Notes under the pieces: generated by a model
What the model saw: the letters and a program-made list of their open reading frames with translations, nothing else
Databases searched by the model: none
Told to the model about the DNA's origin: nothing
DNA from: Tortispora ganteri
Lineage: Eukaryota
Direction: 5' to 3'
Length of the DNA: 64,000 nucleotides
Assembly (NCBI GenBank): GCA_003707115.1
Contig: PPNB01000006.1
Span: forward strand, 62,001-126,000
Position numbers and translations under genes: made by a program
Shown here: one piece after another, positions 21,031-32,287 of the stretch
Numbering within the stretch: position 1 is the first letter of the stretch
Layout of the letters: every line of letters begins with the position of its first letter

Positions 21031-23856
21031 CTATTTCCGGTTGGTTATTTCGTATTGGGCTAGAAGTACCTTGTCTTTCCTAATGCTTCTCTGCCACGTT
21101 ATACCACACATAAGCTCCACTAGCTCCGGCTCAATTAGTTCTTGGAATAAGTGAGGGTGGTACAGATACTTAGTTGCGTCGTCCAGTTCCACCATGAGCG
21201 CTAGTGCCAGGTCTTCGTCCATCATCCTGTTGTTGAGCATTACAATTAACTCGTTTTTCCCCTCCTTCAGCAACTGAAGGGCTTTGCCTGGTTGTCCGCT
21301 AATGTACCTTCTGGCCTTACCCAAAGCTTGACAGACTTTCAGCTCCGCGTACCTTTGATAAACATCTCCGCGCCATTCCTGTAACGTGGTCGCTTCATCT
21401 CGTCTACAAACCAACGGCAGGCTGCTAAAAGAAATCGTCTGTCCATTGTACATCTCTAGACTGAGATTTGCATGCAGTATCCCCGTTGAACTGGCACTGA
21501 AGTCTTCGGATATAGAAAGCAGCACCGAATTCTTACTACCCAACCGCAGCGCACCTAGCTTGAGAATGATCTCTGATCCAGACACGCGATCGACCTGCAC
21601 GGACTTCCACTCCACTCCTAAATTTACTTCATCCAATGGCATGGTACTGCTCAAGTGTACAACCGCCTCCTTGATCGACAGAGCCCTGCTGGAGTTGCAG
21701 CATCCAATGGCTACTGATGGCATGTCAAACCAGTCCGTCACATACATGTGCATGCCGCCCGGCGTCTCATTCGAAAGCTGTGCTAAGTGCGATCCGTCTC
21801 CAATGTCAATAGTGTAAATGGTCGGGAGATCTCTGGTATCTTCAAGCTGATCTACTCCGAACGCAAATTCGGAGCAGAACAAAATAGAAGACACATACAA
21901 CTTTCCCGCGGATTCACATGTTCCTGAATCAGAACGCGGTTTAGTCAGCCGGATGGCTAAGTTCAGCGCGTTTGCTGCTTCTTTGGCACTATCCATTTCA
22001 CCAAACATACGCTCCACTACCAACCCGGGTCCTTGCATCATGTGCTTACAGATTTTGTCGTTCAAGGACGATGATATATCAGACATAATCGCATCCCAAC
22101 CTGTCCAGCTACAGCTGCATGGCCCTATTCCGATCACATCATGTTCAGGTTCAACTTCAGGTGGAATATCGTAAAGCACTAGGCTAAGTGTGTCACCGTC
22201 GCTAGCTTCGGAAATCACTGCTCTTATTGTCTCGACAATTGCACTCCATCTGGCCACCCCGGCCAAAACACCGTTGCTTGTCTGTCCACCGATTGGAAAT
22301 ACCAAAACTGTATTGGTGTTCATCCAATTCCCGGCCTGTGCAAATCGGCTGATCGACTCCGCGGTAAAGGCAGGATCTTTTGGTTCTACCGGCATTTTAT
22401 ACCGTTTGATCGACAGACTCTCCACTTCTTCCTCTAAAGATGCGTGACGGAACTGCAGTGCGTACGACCACCGTGACAATAGCTGGTTAGTGGGGAACGA
22501 CAAGTAGAACTCCTCAAATCCTGCTGAGGAGAGCTTAAGTTTGAGCGTTGTCGAGTTGATCTCAATAACCGAAATAAGGTGCTGGCTAACCAAAATGACT
22601 CCTCTTAGACAGAATCTACTGTTCTCGTGCTGGAGACACACCAGCGCATTCTCAAACAGATAAAGCTGCGTATCAGACCAACCTTTTTGCGGGTCTTTGC
22701 TAGCTCTTCCCATACTGCAGAGGCGAAGCTTTTTGTATTTGTCCAAGTCAATTTCATTTTTATCCACAGCAGATTTCAAAGCAGCGAGAATCACGTCATT
22801 GTTATTGTTATGTACTATTGACCGTCTTCCCGCCAGCGTCAACGAGGTGTGGCCCGAGTGACGCGGATTCTCAGTCATACTCGATTTGCGATCTTGCATA
22901 CTGGAGCCTTTAGGATGCTCGACCGGGATATCCGGGATGTTTATGTGAAGCAATGAAGTTATACCTTGGCCCAGAACACTATGCCTTGCTTGCGTTAATC
23001 CGAACACGCCTGGGTCATTTATAAATGCTTGGCTATTGTTGCTTGATGAAGTTTGTCTGCCAGGATGCGTGGTAGACCTGACTGACCCGGAAGAGGCATT
23101 ACTATAAGATCGAGTAGCCCATCGGTGCGCCTCCGGGAACAGCATCCCGCGAATCGTCTCGAGGGTCATAGACGATTCTGAGCCGCTCATTTCTGCATTT
23201 GACGAGGATCCGCTGAGTGTGTCGCGGTCTAGTAACTGGCGAAATGACTCTTTATTGCGATAGCAGTACTCATCGTCGCTGTCGTCCATGCTAACAGGTG
23301 TGAGAGCGCTGTAAGCGTCTGTGTGGTAGCTTGTACGCTCTGCTTCTGTAATGGAGAAGCCTGCTGACACAGATTTCTTCTTGGTCGGTGTTGTGAAGAA
23401 GGGCTCCGAGATTTTGCCCGGGGAGCTGGTCATGGATGACGGTGTAGACCAGGTGCCGATGGTAATATTGCTTTGTGGAGAGGCACGGGAATGCTTTGCG
23501 TTATCAGGAGAAAACGGATTGCTTGCAATAGTTGGAGAAGGAGTTGCAAATGCTCCAATGTTTGGTCTGCATCTAGGACAGTCGTCTCCTGCGGTAGTTG
23601 CGAACCTTTCTATATCGATGTCGCTGATGCAGTCTCTGTGAGCCAAGTGACCACACGAGTACTCTATAGGGCGTTCGCCAGGCATAAGGAAGAACATACT
23701 CTCATGACAGATGCAGCAGGGCATGTTCGGCTGCACCGCGCTCATGGGCCTGGCATTGAGTGAATCGGTGGTTTTGGCCCAAAGATCGGCAGGATGCGAA
23801 TCGTGATGTTTGGATTTGACAAACGCGTTTTTTAGTGCTTTTCTCATACCAGTCAT
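21031..23856 (-). CDS. RING-H2 + PH + vWA scaffold, Far1/Ste5 family
   Basis: CCICHESM...SCGHLAHRDC...CPRC RING; LYLFENALVCL...LLSRW PH-like region; C-terminal vWA-like region (DTLSLVLY, IYTIDIG). Confidence 0.7.
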   Translation of the reverse strand: MTGMRKALKNAFVKSKHHDSHPADLWAKTTDSLNARPMSAVQPNMPCCICHESMFFLMPGERPIEYSCGHLAHRDCISDIDIERFATTAGDDCPRCRPNIGAFATPSPTIASNPFSPDNAKHSRASPQSNITIGTWSTPSSMTSSPGKISEPFFTTPTKKKSVSAGFSITEAERTSYHTDAYSALTPVSMDDSDDEYCYRNKESFRQLLDRDTLSGSSSNAEMSGSESSMTLETIRGMLFPEAHRWATRSYSNASSGSVRSTTHPGRQTSSSNNSQAFINDPGVFGLTQARHSVLGQGITSLLHINIPDIPVEHPKGSSMQDRKSSMTENPRHSGHTSLTLAGRRSIVHNNNNDVILAALKSAVDKNEIDLDKYKKLRLCSMGRASKDPQKGWSDTQLYLFENALVCLQHENSRFCLRGVILVSQHLISVIEINSTTLKLKLSSAGFEEFYLSFPTNQLLSRWSYALQFRHASLEEEVESLSIKRYKMPVEPKDPAFTAESISRFAQAGNWMNTNTVLVFPIGGQTSNGVLAGVARWSAIVETIRAVISEASDGDTLSLVLYDIPPEVEPEHDVIGIGPCSCSWTGWDAIMSDISSSLNDKICKHMMQGPGLVVERMFGEMDSAKEAANALNLAIRLTKPRSDSGTCESAGKLYVSSILFCSEFAFGVDQLEDTRDLPTIYTIDIGDGSHLAQLSNETPGGMHMYVTDWFDMPSVAIGCCNSSRALSIKEAVVHLSSTMPLDEVNLGVEWKSVQVDRVSGSEIILKLGALRLGSKNSVLLSISEDFSASSTGILHANLSLEMYNGQTISFSSLPLVCRRDEATTLQEWRGDVYQRYAELKVCQALGKARRYISGQPGKALQLLKEGKNELIVMLNNRMMDEDLALALMVELDDATKYLYHPHLFQELIEPELVELMCGITWQRSIRKDKVLLAQYEITNRK

Positions 23857-24870
23857 AGCTTATAGACTTAAGGCGGCAGAATATAGTAAAACGAAGAATC
23901 AAGAATGTTTCAGAGAAGTTCAATGCATGAAAATATATATCTGAATGATTTCTTTTGAAGCAAAGAAACGATCCATCCAGTGATAAAGTTAGATTTAGAG
24001 TGCTAATTAATGCCGGGTATCCAATCATCATCAGCAGTTATATCTAGCTGAACCTTACTTTTAGATGCTAAAAATGCCAGGCGGCTGATGATTGGTTTGT
24101 CGAAGAACCTTAAATTTCAAAGAGACTGCTAGCTATAGGAATTTCTAGCATCGTGCCCGAGCTGTACGAGCTTTTCAAATGATAAGCACGCTATAGACGC
24201 ATTAACTGTATGGTCCCACAATTCTATGACGGCCATTATGCGCGATTTGTCTGCTTACTAAGTGAGAAGTTTTGAGGCTTCTCTCCGCCGATTGTCGCCT
24301 CAGATAGCATCAACAGAAGTACAAGGGAATATCATCCGAACCGCTATGCGCGCAATATATTAAAGAAATAAGAAATTTAACTTCAAAAAAGTGATAAAAT
24401 CACTGAAAGTTTGAACCCGTCCAGTAGAAAGCCATGATTAGTGATTTTCATACTTCCATTCGGGATGCAATATAACTTTGCAGATCGACAATGACAGGAG
24501 GGGCAATGTGACTGCAGCGCTCAAAGGAGATCATAATAGAATAACTTAAGTAAATTAAGTAGATCTAGTTAGCTTAGCTTACATGCTTATTAGTTCTCTA
24601 GGTTGCTGCTTTGTCACTGGCGGCTAAACAGGCAGTACTAGAGTCAAAATCGCTCGTGCCAGCTTCGGTTTGTAAACGAATTGTAGGCGTTAAGAGAGCG
24701 ACAAACAAGCTTACCGGAAGGGATATACTTCAGTGTCAAAAACGTAAAAAGTGCTAGTGGCTTTGTTTTTTGATCGTTTGTTCGTTGTTTCCCTTATATC
24801 TACACGCAAGGCGCATTCGTTGAAATACTTTAGTTGCCGTATTGGAAATGGAAGTATGGGAGTATAATCA

Positions 24871-24971
24871 GTGGGGGTGTGGTGGGAGGGTGGGATACTA
24901 GAAAACTGAAATGGCTGTTCCCTCCCGGCAAATACAAAACCGTGGGGGTGGGACTTGGACGATTGGGGTGG
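24871..24971 (+). promoter_or_regulatory. G-tract cluster upstream of PDA1 (G-quadruplex-forming motif and Mig1/CreA-like GTGGGG sites)
   Basis: GGGGG-TGTGGT-GGG-A-GGG-T-GGG at 24873-24894; second GTGGGGGTGGG at ~24942. Confidence 0.45.
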
Positions 24972-25145
24972 ATTTGGTCAGAGGGAGGCAGGCAAAAGCG
25001 AGGGAAAAACCAACACCTTAGTATCCTTTTTCATCAACCCTTTTTGGTACTGCGTTGCACGCCAACTCGACGATAACATCGAAGTTCACACATAGGGATT
25101 AAAAGGAACGAATTGTCCTTGATAGTTATTGAAAAATAGTATTCA

Positions 25146-26330
25146 ATGTTGCGCAATCAGTTTCAGAGATTGTGCACTCGCAGTGCCAGGGCAAGTGTTC
25201 CCGTCCGTGGGCTTGCTTCCGCCGCAGATAACAGTAAAACGGTTGAGGTAAATCTTCCTGAAGATTCTTTTGATCTTTATATGCTGGAAGAGGGTCCGAA
25301 GACGAATTTCGAAATTTCAAAGGATGAATTGCTTACTCTCTTCAGAGATATGAATATCGTTCGTCGCCTAGAGATGGCTTGCGATGCTCTGTACAAAGCT
25401 AAGAAGATCCGTGGTTTCTGCCATCTCTCAACTGGCCAAGAAGCCGTTTCAGTTGGCATGGAACATGCAGTTACTAAAGAGGATTCTATGATTACTGCAT
25501 ACAGATGCCACGGTTTCACTTATATGCGAGGCGCGTCTGTGAAAGCCGTTATCGCCGAACTTTTAGGTCGCCGTGCTGGTGTATCTTTCGGAAAAGGTGG
25601 ATCTATGCATATGTACTGGAAAAACTTTTACGGAGGTAACGGAATTGTTGGCGCACAAGTTCCTCTAGGTGCTGGTCTAGGTTTTGCTCACCAATACCTC
25701 AACGAAAAGTGTGCTGCTTTTGCTCTCTACGGAGACGGCGCTTCTAACCAAGGACAGGTATTCGAAGCTTTCAATATGGCTAAGTTGTGGAGTTTACCTG
25801 TTGTATTTGTTTGTGAGAACAACAAGTATGGCATGGGTACTGCAGCTGCTCGCTCTTCTGCCATGACTGAGTACTATAAGCGCGGTCAATACATGCCCGG
25901 TCTTAGAGTCAATGGTATGGATGTGTTGGCAGTAAAAGAGGCTACTGCTTTTGCTCGCGACTGGTGCATTTCTGGAAAAGGCCCTCTCGTAATGGAATTT
26001 GTCACTTACAGATACGGTGGTCATTCTATGTCTGATCCGGGTACGACTTATAGAACTCGTGAGGAAATTCAGAATATGCGCTCCAAGAACGACCCTATTG
26101 CAGGCCTTCGCCATCATATTTTGGATTGGGGCATTGCTACAGAAGCTGAACTCAAGGCAATTGACAAGGAGGTCCGTGAGAACGTTAACAAAGAAGTTGC
26201 TGAAGCTGAAGCTAGCCCTCCTCCAGAAGCTAAGTTGCAAATTCTCTTCGAAGACACCTACGTTCGTGGATCTGAACCACCTTTCCAGCGTGGTCGCATT
26301 CCAGAAGAAAACTACACTTTCAAACAGTAA
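25146..26330 (+). CDS. PDA1: Pyruvate dehydrogenase E1 alpha subunit, mitochondrial
   Basis: IRGFCHL, GKGGSMHMY, TPP motif GDGASNQGQ...ENN and YRYGGHSMSDPG. Confidence 0.98.
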   Translation: MLRNQFQRLCTRSARASVPVRGLASAADNSKTVEVNLPEDSFDLYMLEEGPKTNFEISKDELLTLFRDMNIVRRLEMACDALYKAKKIRGFCHLSTGQEAVSVGMEHAVTKEDSMITAYRCHGFTYMRGASVKAVIAELLGRRAGVSFGKGGSMHMYWKNFYGGNGIVGAQVPLGAGLGFAHQYLNEKCAAFALYGDGASNQGQVFEAFNMAKLWSLPVVFVCENNKYGMGTAAARSSAMTEYYKRGQYMPGLRVNGMDVLAVKEATAFARDWCISGKGPLVMEFVTYRYGGHSMSDPGTTYRTREEIQNMRSKNDPIAGLRHHILDWGIATEAELKAIDKEVRENVNKEVAEAEASPPPEAKLQILFEDTYVRGSEPPFQRGRIPEENYTFKQ

Positions 26331-26457
26331 TCTTTTCTAATATCTACTTATAATCGTATCACTAAGTCGTATCACCAGAGTTCGTACTACTGCAGCACTA
26401 CTGATATTAGTAATCTTTTAACATGGCAACTCATTGATATACAGAAGGCATAAACGT

Positions 26458-27060
26458 TTAGTAGCCGTACTGAGCAAGGGCTTTGCTAGCATCAGAATCG
26501 GCAAGAGCAGCTTCGGCATCGGCAAGTTTCTTGGCAGCAGCTTGCTTCTTAGCGAAGTAAGCAGCTCCCTTTACTTTTCGTCGTTCCTCAAGACGAGCAA
26601 CAACATCTTGGTATTTCCAGCCAACCTCGTGGCTGACACGACCAATAGTAGTATACTTGCGGCCAGGCTTGAGACGCAATACACGAAGTGCTTGGGGAAC
26701 AACTACACGTTTCTTGTGGTCATAAGGAGGAGGGACACCCTCAAAAACTTTGAGACGCTTAAGAGCGGCTTTTCCACGGGCAGTCTTATGCTGAATCATA
26801 CCGCGAACAGCCTTATAAAAGATACGAGAAGGTGCACGGAAATGGAAAGGACCTCTTTGTTTGTTGAAGTTGGTAGCCTTACGCAAGTAGGCGTGGTATT
26901 TGAGCTTGGTACGGAAGAACTCACCAGACATGTTGAGATCCTCGCATCGAACAACAACAATATGCTGTCCTTCAAGGATCTGCTTTGCAACAATAGATGC
27001 AAGGCGTCCGACGAGGTGTCCCTTACCGTCAATGACAACTAAGTTATCGAAGTTGCTCAT
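26458..27060 (-). CDS. RPL16: 60S ribosomal protein L16 (uL13)
   Basis: [32 protein letters not shown] and [17 protein letters not shown]. Confidence 0.97.
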   Translation of the reverse strand: MSNFDNLVVIDGKGHLVGRLASIVAKQILEGQHIVVVRCEDLNMSGEFFRTKLKYHAYLRKATNFNKQRGPFHFRAPSRIFYKAVRGMIQHKTARGKAALKRLKVFEGVPPPYDHKKRVVVPQALRVLRLKPGRKYTTIGRVSHEVGWKYQDVVARLEERRKVKGAAYFAKKQAAAKKLADAEAALADSDASKALAQYGY

Positions 27061-27322
27061 TCTCTAGTTTCTTTAAAATGTAGTGTAGAGAGGTTTGGTA
27101 CTGTGATATCTGCTTGGGTAGTTACCAATGCGTCCCAGCACTGACCCAATGTTCTAACGTGACTGGTGTTAACGTATAACCCTGACTGTTGCCCCTGACA
27201 ACAATGCCCTATTTTAGTTGTGCTTTAATCCGTAGTGTTCCACTCCTAACGAAGCCCTTCAACTTTACCTGACCGCGTTCTGCAAGGCATACTCTACCTT
27301 TTACTCCTATACAAGCTTGGAT

Positions 27323-29011
27323 ATGTCATTATCGTTACCATCTGCTCCGGGAGCTCAGCTTTTTAAGAGTGGTTATCAAACGCAGTCTGCTGAAGATGGT
27401 GCCGTTCAGCGTAATATTTTGGCCTGTAATGAGGTCTCAGAGATCGTTCGTACCTCTGTAGGTCCGACTGGCCGCTCAAAACTTGTTGTAAACCGGATTG
27501 GTAAGGTCTTTCTCAGTTCTGATGCAGCAACTATTGTCGGCGAACTAGAAGTTGTTCACCCTGCTGCAAAACTGTTAGTGATGGCCTCTTTGCAACAAGA
27601 AGCCGAGTTCGGCGATGCCACTAATTTAGTCATCGTGTTTGCAGGCGAACTCCTTTCACAAGCGCTAAAACTGATCAATCTTGGTCTTCATCCGACAGAA
27701 ATTGCCCAAGGTTATGAAGTTGCATGCTCTAAAGTCTCTGCTTTGCTGGACTCGCCTGCTTTCACTTCCTATACACTTGAGAATATATTTGACCACAAAC
27801 AGCTCGTCAAGGCTATATCCTCTTCCATAGCATCAAAACAATATGGATCTGAAGAGCTAATTTCTGATCTTGTAGCTCAAGCTTGCTTGCAAGTTATGCC
27901 TCCTGAAAGGCCAAAGGCATTTAATGTGGACAACATTCGTGTAGTGAAAGTCATGGGCGCTTCCTTGGAACAATCTTATGTTGTTAGAGGAATGGTGTTT
28001 CCAAGAGAACCCGAAGGTCAGATTAAGAAACTCGCTGCCCCTATTCAAGGAGGTGTACATAAAGTTGCTGTTTATACTTGTGCAATTGATGCTGGGCATA
28101 CTGAAACTAAAGGAACGGTGCTACTAAAGAATGCTGAAGAAATGCTCAACTTCTCTAAAGGTGAAGAGGTCCAGGTTGAAGCTTTAATTAAATCTATTGC
28201 TGATACAGGAGTACGTATTGTTGTTGCTGGTTCCACCGTCTCGGAGCTTGCTCTGCATTTCTTGGATAGAGCTGGTATTCTATGCATTAAGGTTCCCTCT
28301 AAGTTTGACATTAGACGCTTATGTCGTGTTGTGAATGCTACTCCACTAGGCTACTTTGCTGCGCCTGGACCGCAAGAAGCAGGTTCAATTGACGCTGTCA
28401 CTACAATGGAGATTGGAGGCGATAGAGTTACTGTTTTTGAACAATCTGCTGAGCACCGTGCTAGAACCACTACAATCTTGTTAAGAGGTGCCACCAAAAA
28501 CGCTCTAGATGATATTGAACGTGCTATAGATGATGCAGTTAATGTTGTCAAGTGCTTAACTGTTGATCCTAGGATGGCTACTGGTGCAGGTTCTACTGAG
28601 ATCGAACTAGCGAGTCAGTGCGCGGAAATTGGTGAACGCACACCTGGACTCTTGCAACACGCTATAAAGGGCTTTGCAAAAGCCTTTGAAGTTATCCCCA
28701 GAACTTTGGCAGAGAATGCAGGATTGGATGCTACTGACGTTCTCTCTAAACTATATGCCGCGCATGCTAAAGATTCGTCTTCAGCAGTTTCATCAATAGG
28801 CGTGGACGTTGATGACAGCGAAGGAACTGGAATATTTGACGCCGCGGCTGCTAATATTTATGATGCTCTCGCTATAAAGTCATCAGCTATCAAACTTGCT
28901 ACTGATGCGGCAACCACTATTCTTACTGTAGACCAGATTGTCATGGCTAAGAGGGCAGGTGGGCCTGCAATGCCCCAGTCTCGTCCTGGAAACTGGGATA
29001 CCGATGATTAG
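27323..29011 (+). CDS. CCT8: Chaperonin CCT theta subunit
   Basis: MSLSLP..., VHPAAK, GDATN, VDNIRVVKVMG, TETKGTVLLKNA and VDQIVMAKRAGGP...NWD. First ATG at 27323. Confidence 0.96.
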   Translation: MSLSLPSAPGAQLFKSGYQTQSAEDGAVQRNILACNEVSEIVRTSVGPTGRSKLVVNRIGKVFLSSDAATIVGELEVVHPAAKLLVMASLQQEAEFGDATNLVIVFAGELLSQALKLINLGLHPTEIAQGYEVACSKVSALLDSPAFTSYTLENIFDHKQLVKAISSSIASKQYGSEELISDLVAQACLQVMPPERPKAFNVDNIRVVKVMGASLEQSYVVRGMVFPREPEGQIKKLAAPIQGGVHKVAVYTCAIDAGHTETKGTVLLKNAEEMLNFSKGEEVQVEALIKSIADTGVRIVVAGSTVSELALHFLDRAGILCIKVPSKFDIRRLCRVVNATPLGYFAAPGPQEAGSIDAVTTMEIGGDRVTVFEQSAEHRARTTTILLRGATKNALDDIERAIDDAVNVVKCLTVDPRMATGAGSTEIELASQCAEIGERTPGLLQHAIKGFAKAFEVIPRTLAENAGLDATDVLSKLYAAHAKDSSSAVSSIGVDVDDSEGTGIFDAAAANIYDALAIKSSAIKLATDAATTILTVDQIVMAKRAGGPAMPQSRPGNWDTDD

Positions 29012-29122
29012 AAATTTTAAGAAATAATCTTTACGACCATATTCATGTTTATCTCTTCTTTTATGCTAATTACAATTGTATACTATCTGTTAATGTTCTC
29101 TCTCTTTAATACGATATTTTCA

Positions 29123-29130
29123 GTCACGTG
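29123..29130. promoter_or_regulatory. GTCACGTG E-box (Cbf1/Tye7-type) upstream of the NHP10-like gene
   Basis: Exact RTCACGTG in the intergenic region, ~170 bp before ATG 29299. Confidence 0.4.
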
Positions 29131-29298
29131 ATATGTATTGTCTTGCAGTTCATTTCTCCCACTCCACCACCGAGAACAAGCCAAGGGGTTTGATAACTTG
29201 ACTTTGTCATCGCCGGTTTCGTAATTTCATTGATCGACGTATATAGTGAGTATTTGGAAGTAATAACATCAAATATAACAAAATTGGCTAAAGGAGTA

Positions 29299-30255
29299 AT
29301 GGCGGAGCAGAAAGATAAGTCGAGTCAAAAAGATGGAATCTCCACACTTGTACCAGAAACTGTGAACTCTAGACGATTAAGTGGATCTGAAGAGAAATAT
29401 CGATTAAAATGCAAAGCGTTGAAGAGACGTATAAAGGACATATGCAGTAACAACGACGCTTTGCTTATTAGAATTCGTCGAACGGAAAAGGCGATTCTTC
29501 GGATGCGCCTGGAAAGGGCTTTATTGATGCAGAAAGTGGAGATGACCACTCTGCTACCAGCTGAAGATTCAGAGTCGGAAAAAGATTTAGACGATTCTGC
29601 TCTATATAGTGTACCTCAAAGTGAATTTGCGAAAATTGAAGCTTTACTTCCAGCTAACGGAACGGAAATGTCACCAGCCAGTACAGGTGCTATTGCAGAG
29701 CCGGGTTCTACTAGCAAAAAAGCAAAAAAAGCGAAAACAGCGAAAGATGATATATCAAATATCCGTATTCGCAAAACTATATCGGCCTACCAGCTCTTTT
29801 GTGATCACGAAAAGGAGCGTATAAGAGCAGATATAGAGTCTGGTCGCATACCAGGCAAAGGCGATTATCATGCATTAAAGCGTGCAATGGGTGAAGCCTG
29901 GAGATCCTTGGATCCCGATCAACGGGCACATTGGCAGAAGAAATCAGAACAGGCTAAAAATGAATTTATATCACAGTACTTAAAAAATGCTGGTATTGAG
30001 CAAGCCGAGAAACCTGGAGACGAGGATGGTGATGAAGATGATACTGATGGCGGTACTCTATCTGATACAGAACACACAGAGAAAAATACGACATGTAAGT
30101 CCAGTACGAATAATGGAGAACTGCATGTGAAAAATGAATCGACAGATGAGGCTGAAACTTCTCTAACACCCATTGATGGGCCGTTGAACGATTTGAATAA
30201 CTCTGATAATGTCGACACCGACCAGGAAATGAAAGATGTTGCGGAAACAACATAA
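29299..30255 (+). CDS. NHP10: HMG-box protein Nhp10-like (INO80 complex)
   Basis: KYRLKCKALKRRI...RMRLERALL coiled coil followed by an HMG box (SAYQLFC...GEAWRSL). First ATG at 29299. Confidence 0.8.
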   Translation: MAEQKDKSSQKDGISTLVPETVNSRRLSGSEEKYRLKCKALKRRIKDICSNNDALLIRIRRTEKAILRMRLERALLMQKVEMTTLLPAEDSESEKDLDDSALYSVPQSEFAKIEALLPANGTEMSPASTGAIAEPGSTSKKAKKAKTAKDDISNIRIRKTISAYQLFCDHEKERIRADIESGRIPGKGDYHALKRAMGEAWRSLDPDQRAHWQKKSEQAKNEFISQYLKNAGIEQAEKPGDEDGDEDDTDGGTLSDTEHTEKNTTCKSSTNNGELHVKNESTDEAETSLTPIDGPLNDLNNSDNVDTDQEMKDVAETT

Positions 30256-30364
30256 AACCAAATTTTATGCTTACAGGATTTATAAGTTTTGTGTATATGT
30301 CAGTTTTTTTTCTATTTCCCTAATACGGTAGAAAGTCATCACAAGTGATGTTAGATTGTTGTCA

Positions 30365-31969
30365 TTATTGAATGGGCAAATGTCTTGGTGGCAAAGGCTC
30401 CACTTCAAGAGCATCGGGGTCTGGCTGAAACGAAAGCACTTTCAAATGTGCATCTATTCTTTCATATGCAAGTATTACCAGATACTGTTCTGAAAACTCT
30501 AGCCGCCATATACCTTGATAATTATCATGTAGTTCTCGAATTAAATGTCCAGTTTCCATATCCCAAATCTTCACTCTACCATCAGATCCACCTGTAATTA
30601 ATCGATGGTCATCAAACTGTAAGCATGTTACAGAGTTGTCATGCGCTGCAAGACGTAGTTCACACGTCATGGACTTCAGATCCCAGACTCTTACAGCACC
30701 ATCCGAACCCCCAGTAACCAAAGTATCACCTCGCAGTTGCAATAAAGCGACAAGAGAAGTGTGGCCCTGCAGCAATGCAATACAATTACCTGTATTTGCA
30801 TCCCAAACTCTCACATTCGTATCTAGAGACCCCGTAATTACACGCGATCCATCAAAGACTATAGCATAGATTTGAGACAGGTGTCCGTTGAGGGTATGCA
30901 AAAGTTCACCTGTAGATATGCGCCAGATCTTTGCAGTGGAGTCATAAGACCCAGATACAACATAATCACCAAATAAATCAATGCATCTCACAGATGCCTC
31001 ATGATTGCTCAGTCGATGTAAGCAGGTTTTAGCATTCAAATCCCAGATTCTGATTGTGGAGTCTCTGCTACAAGATACAGCAGTATCCTTGCTTGCCATT
31101 TTAACGCATCTGATAGTGGAGGAATGGCCTTTGAGTACTGCTAAACACTCGCCAGACGCAACGGACCAAACTCGTAAGTTCCTATCGCACCCGCCGGACA
31201 CAAGGATACCATCACATTCAGCTAACGCCCATACTCCCTGAGTATGTCCAACATAAGTCCGAACTGGCTCTCCTGCATAACTGTAATGTGATATACGTGA
31301 ATTATCTTGAGAAAATATGATTCCCTCGTTTATGAGCAACAAACATGTCACTACTCCTTCACTGCCAGTGAGTATGCTGGACACTTGTGAGCCGCCGTGA
31401 TTCCAAGCCCGTTCAAGTAAGTAATTCTTTCGATAAAGACGCTTGTATGAAGCCTTAAACTGCTCCTGAAGAACATAGTTAGATATATGTCGGTTTACAG
31501 TGTCATCCACTGTCTTGTAATGACTATTCTGCATCAAATTCTTCCATACATGATCGTCATTAAGAACAGAATACCAGAGTCTCGAAACTTGAGAAGCGTT
31601 TGCAAACGAGATCGGATCATTCAGTTCAGCTAAAATTCTCAGTCTTATATCGTAAGGAAGCGAAACAAACGGATCTCTGCATAAACGAGGACTGATGAAC
31701 TGATACAAAGAGGAAACTAGCTTATCGGGACATCTGTCTAACAATATCTGCATGGCTTTCTCCTTGTGCGCTAAAGACAGTAGATCAAATGACTCGAGCA
31801 GTGAATCAAACGATTCTTTTAAATCATTCGAAGTAATATTATAAGAAAGCGAAGCTCTAGAAAGCTTTTCAGAAACGTTAGCAGGTGAAGGACTAGGCGC
31901 CGGAGTCGGAGGCGAGAGTTGCCCAGATGTCGACGGTAGACTCTCCAATCGCAACATGTTGATGTTCAT
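30365..31969 (-). CDS. F-box/WD40 protein, Cdc4/FBXW7-like
   Basis: Dimerisation-like region, F-box (DPFVSLPYDIRLRIL...SQVSRLW) and at least 6 GH...WD repeats. Confidence 0.88.
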   Translation of the reverse strand: MNINMLRLESLPSTSGQLSPPTPAPSPSPANVSEKLSRASLSYNITSNDLKESFDSLLESFDLLSLAHKEKAMQILLDRCPDKLVSSLYQFISPRLCRDPFVSLPYDIRLRILAELNDPISFANASQVSRLWYSVLNDDHVWKNLMQNSHYKTVDDTVNRHISNYVLQEQFKASYKRLYRKNYLLERAWNHGGSQVSSILTGSEGVVTCLLLINEGIIFSQDNSRISHYSYAGEPVRTYVGHTQGVWALAECDGILVSGGCDRNLRVWSVASGECLAVLKGHSSTIRCVKMASKDTAVSCSRDSTIRIWDLNAKTCLHRLSNHEASVRCIDLFGDYVVSGSYDSTAKIWRISTGELLHTLNGHLSQIYAIVFDGSRVITGSLDTNVRVWDANTGNCIALLQGHTSLVALLQLRGDTLVTGGSDGAVRVWDLKSMTCELRLAAHDNSVTCLQFDDHRLITGGSDGRVKIWDMETGHLIRELHDNYQGIWRLEFSEQYLVILAYERIDAHLKVLSFQPDPDALEVEPLPPRHLPIQ

Positions 31970-32287
31970 ACTTGGTAAGGATGAGACTTCCGGATCAAAC
32001 TATTTATTTCGTATAGAAGCAATAATATCAGCGAAATTCCTATTTCCCCAGTAGGGATAAGTTTAAGATTCTGTCTAAGGTGACCCTGCGTTGTTTTTCA
32101 AAGACTAGTAAGTATATTGGAAACTGCAAAGGGGGAAAACAAAGAGAAATATATCAAAAGCTTAATCCGGTACGCGGATAATCTTATTGTATCTCTAAAT
32201 TAATACTATTGCTATAATTAAAGCACCAGCAATTACGAAATATTGTTTTTTTATGTTTTTACCGTTCGGCATTTTATTACTAGTGTC

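Noticed and set aside
26434..27042. 202-aa plus-strand ORF
   Set aside because: Exact antisense shadow of RPL16, a typical by-product of strong codon bias; TTG start and no motif.
29123..29260. GTCACGTG as CDEI of a point centromere
   Set aside because: No very AT-rich CDEII or CCG-type CDEIII at the expected spacing downstream; better explained as a promoter E-box.
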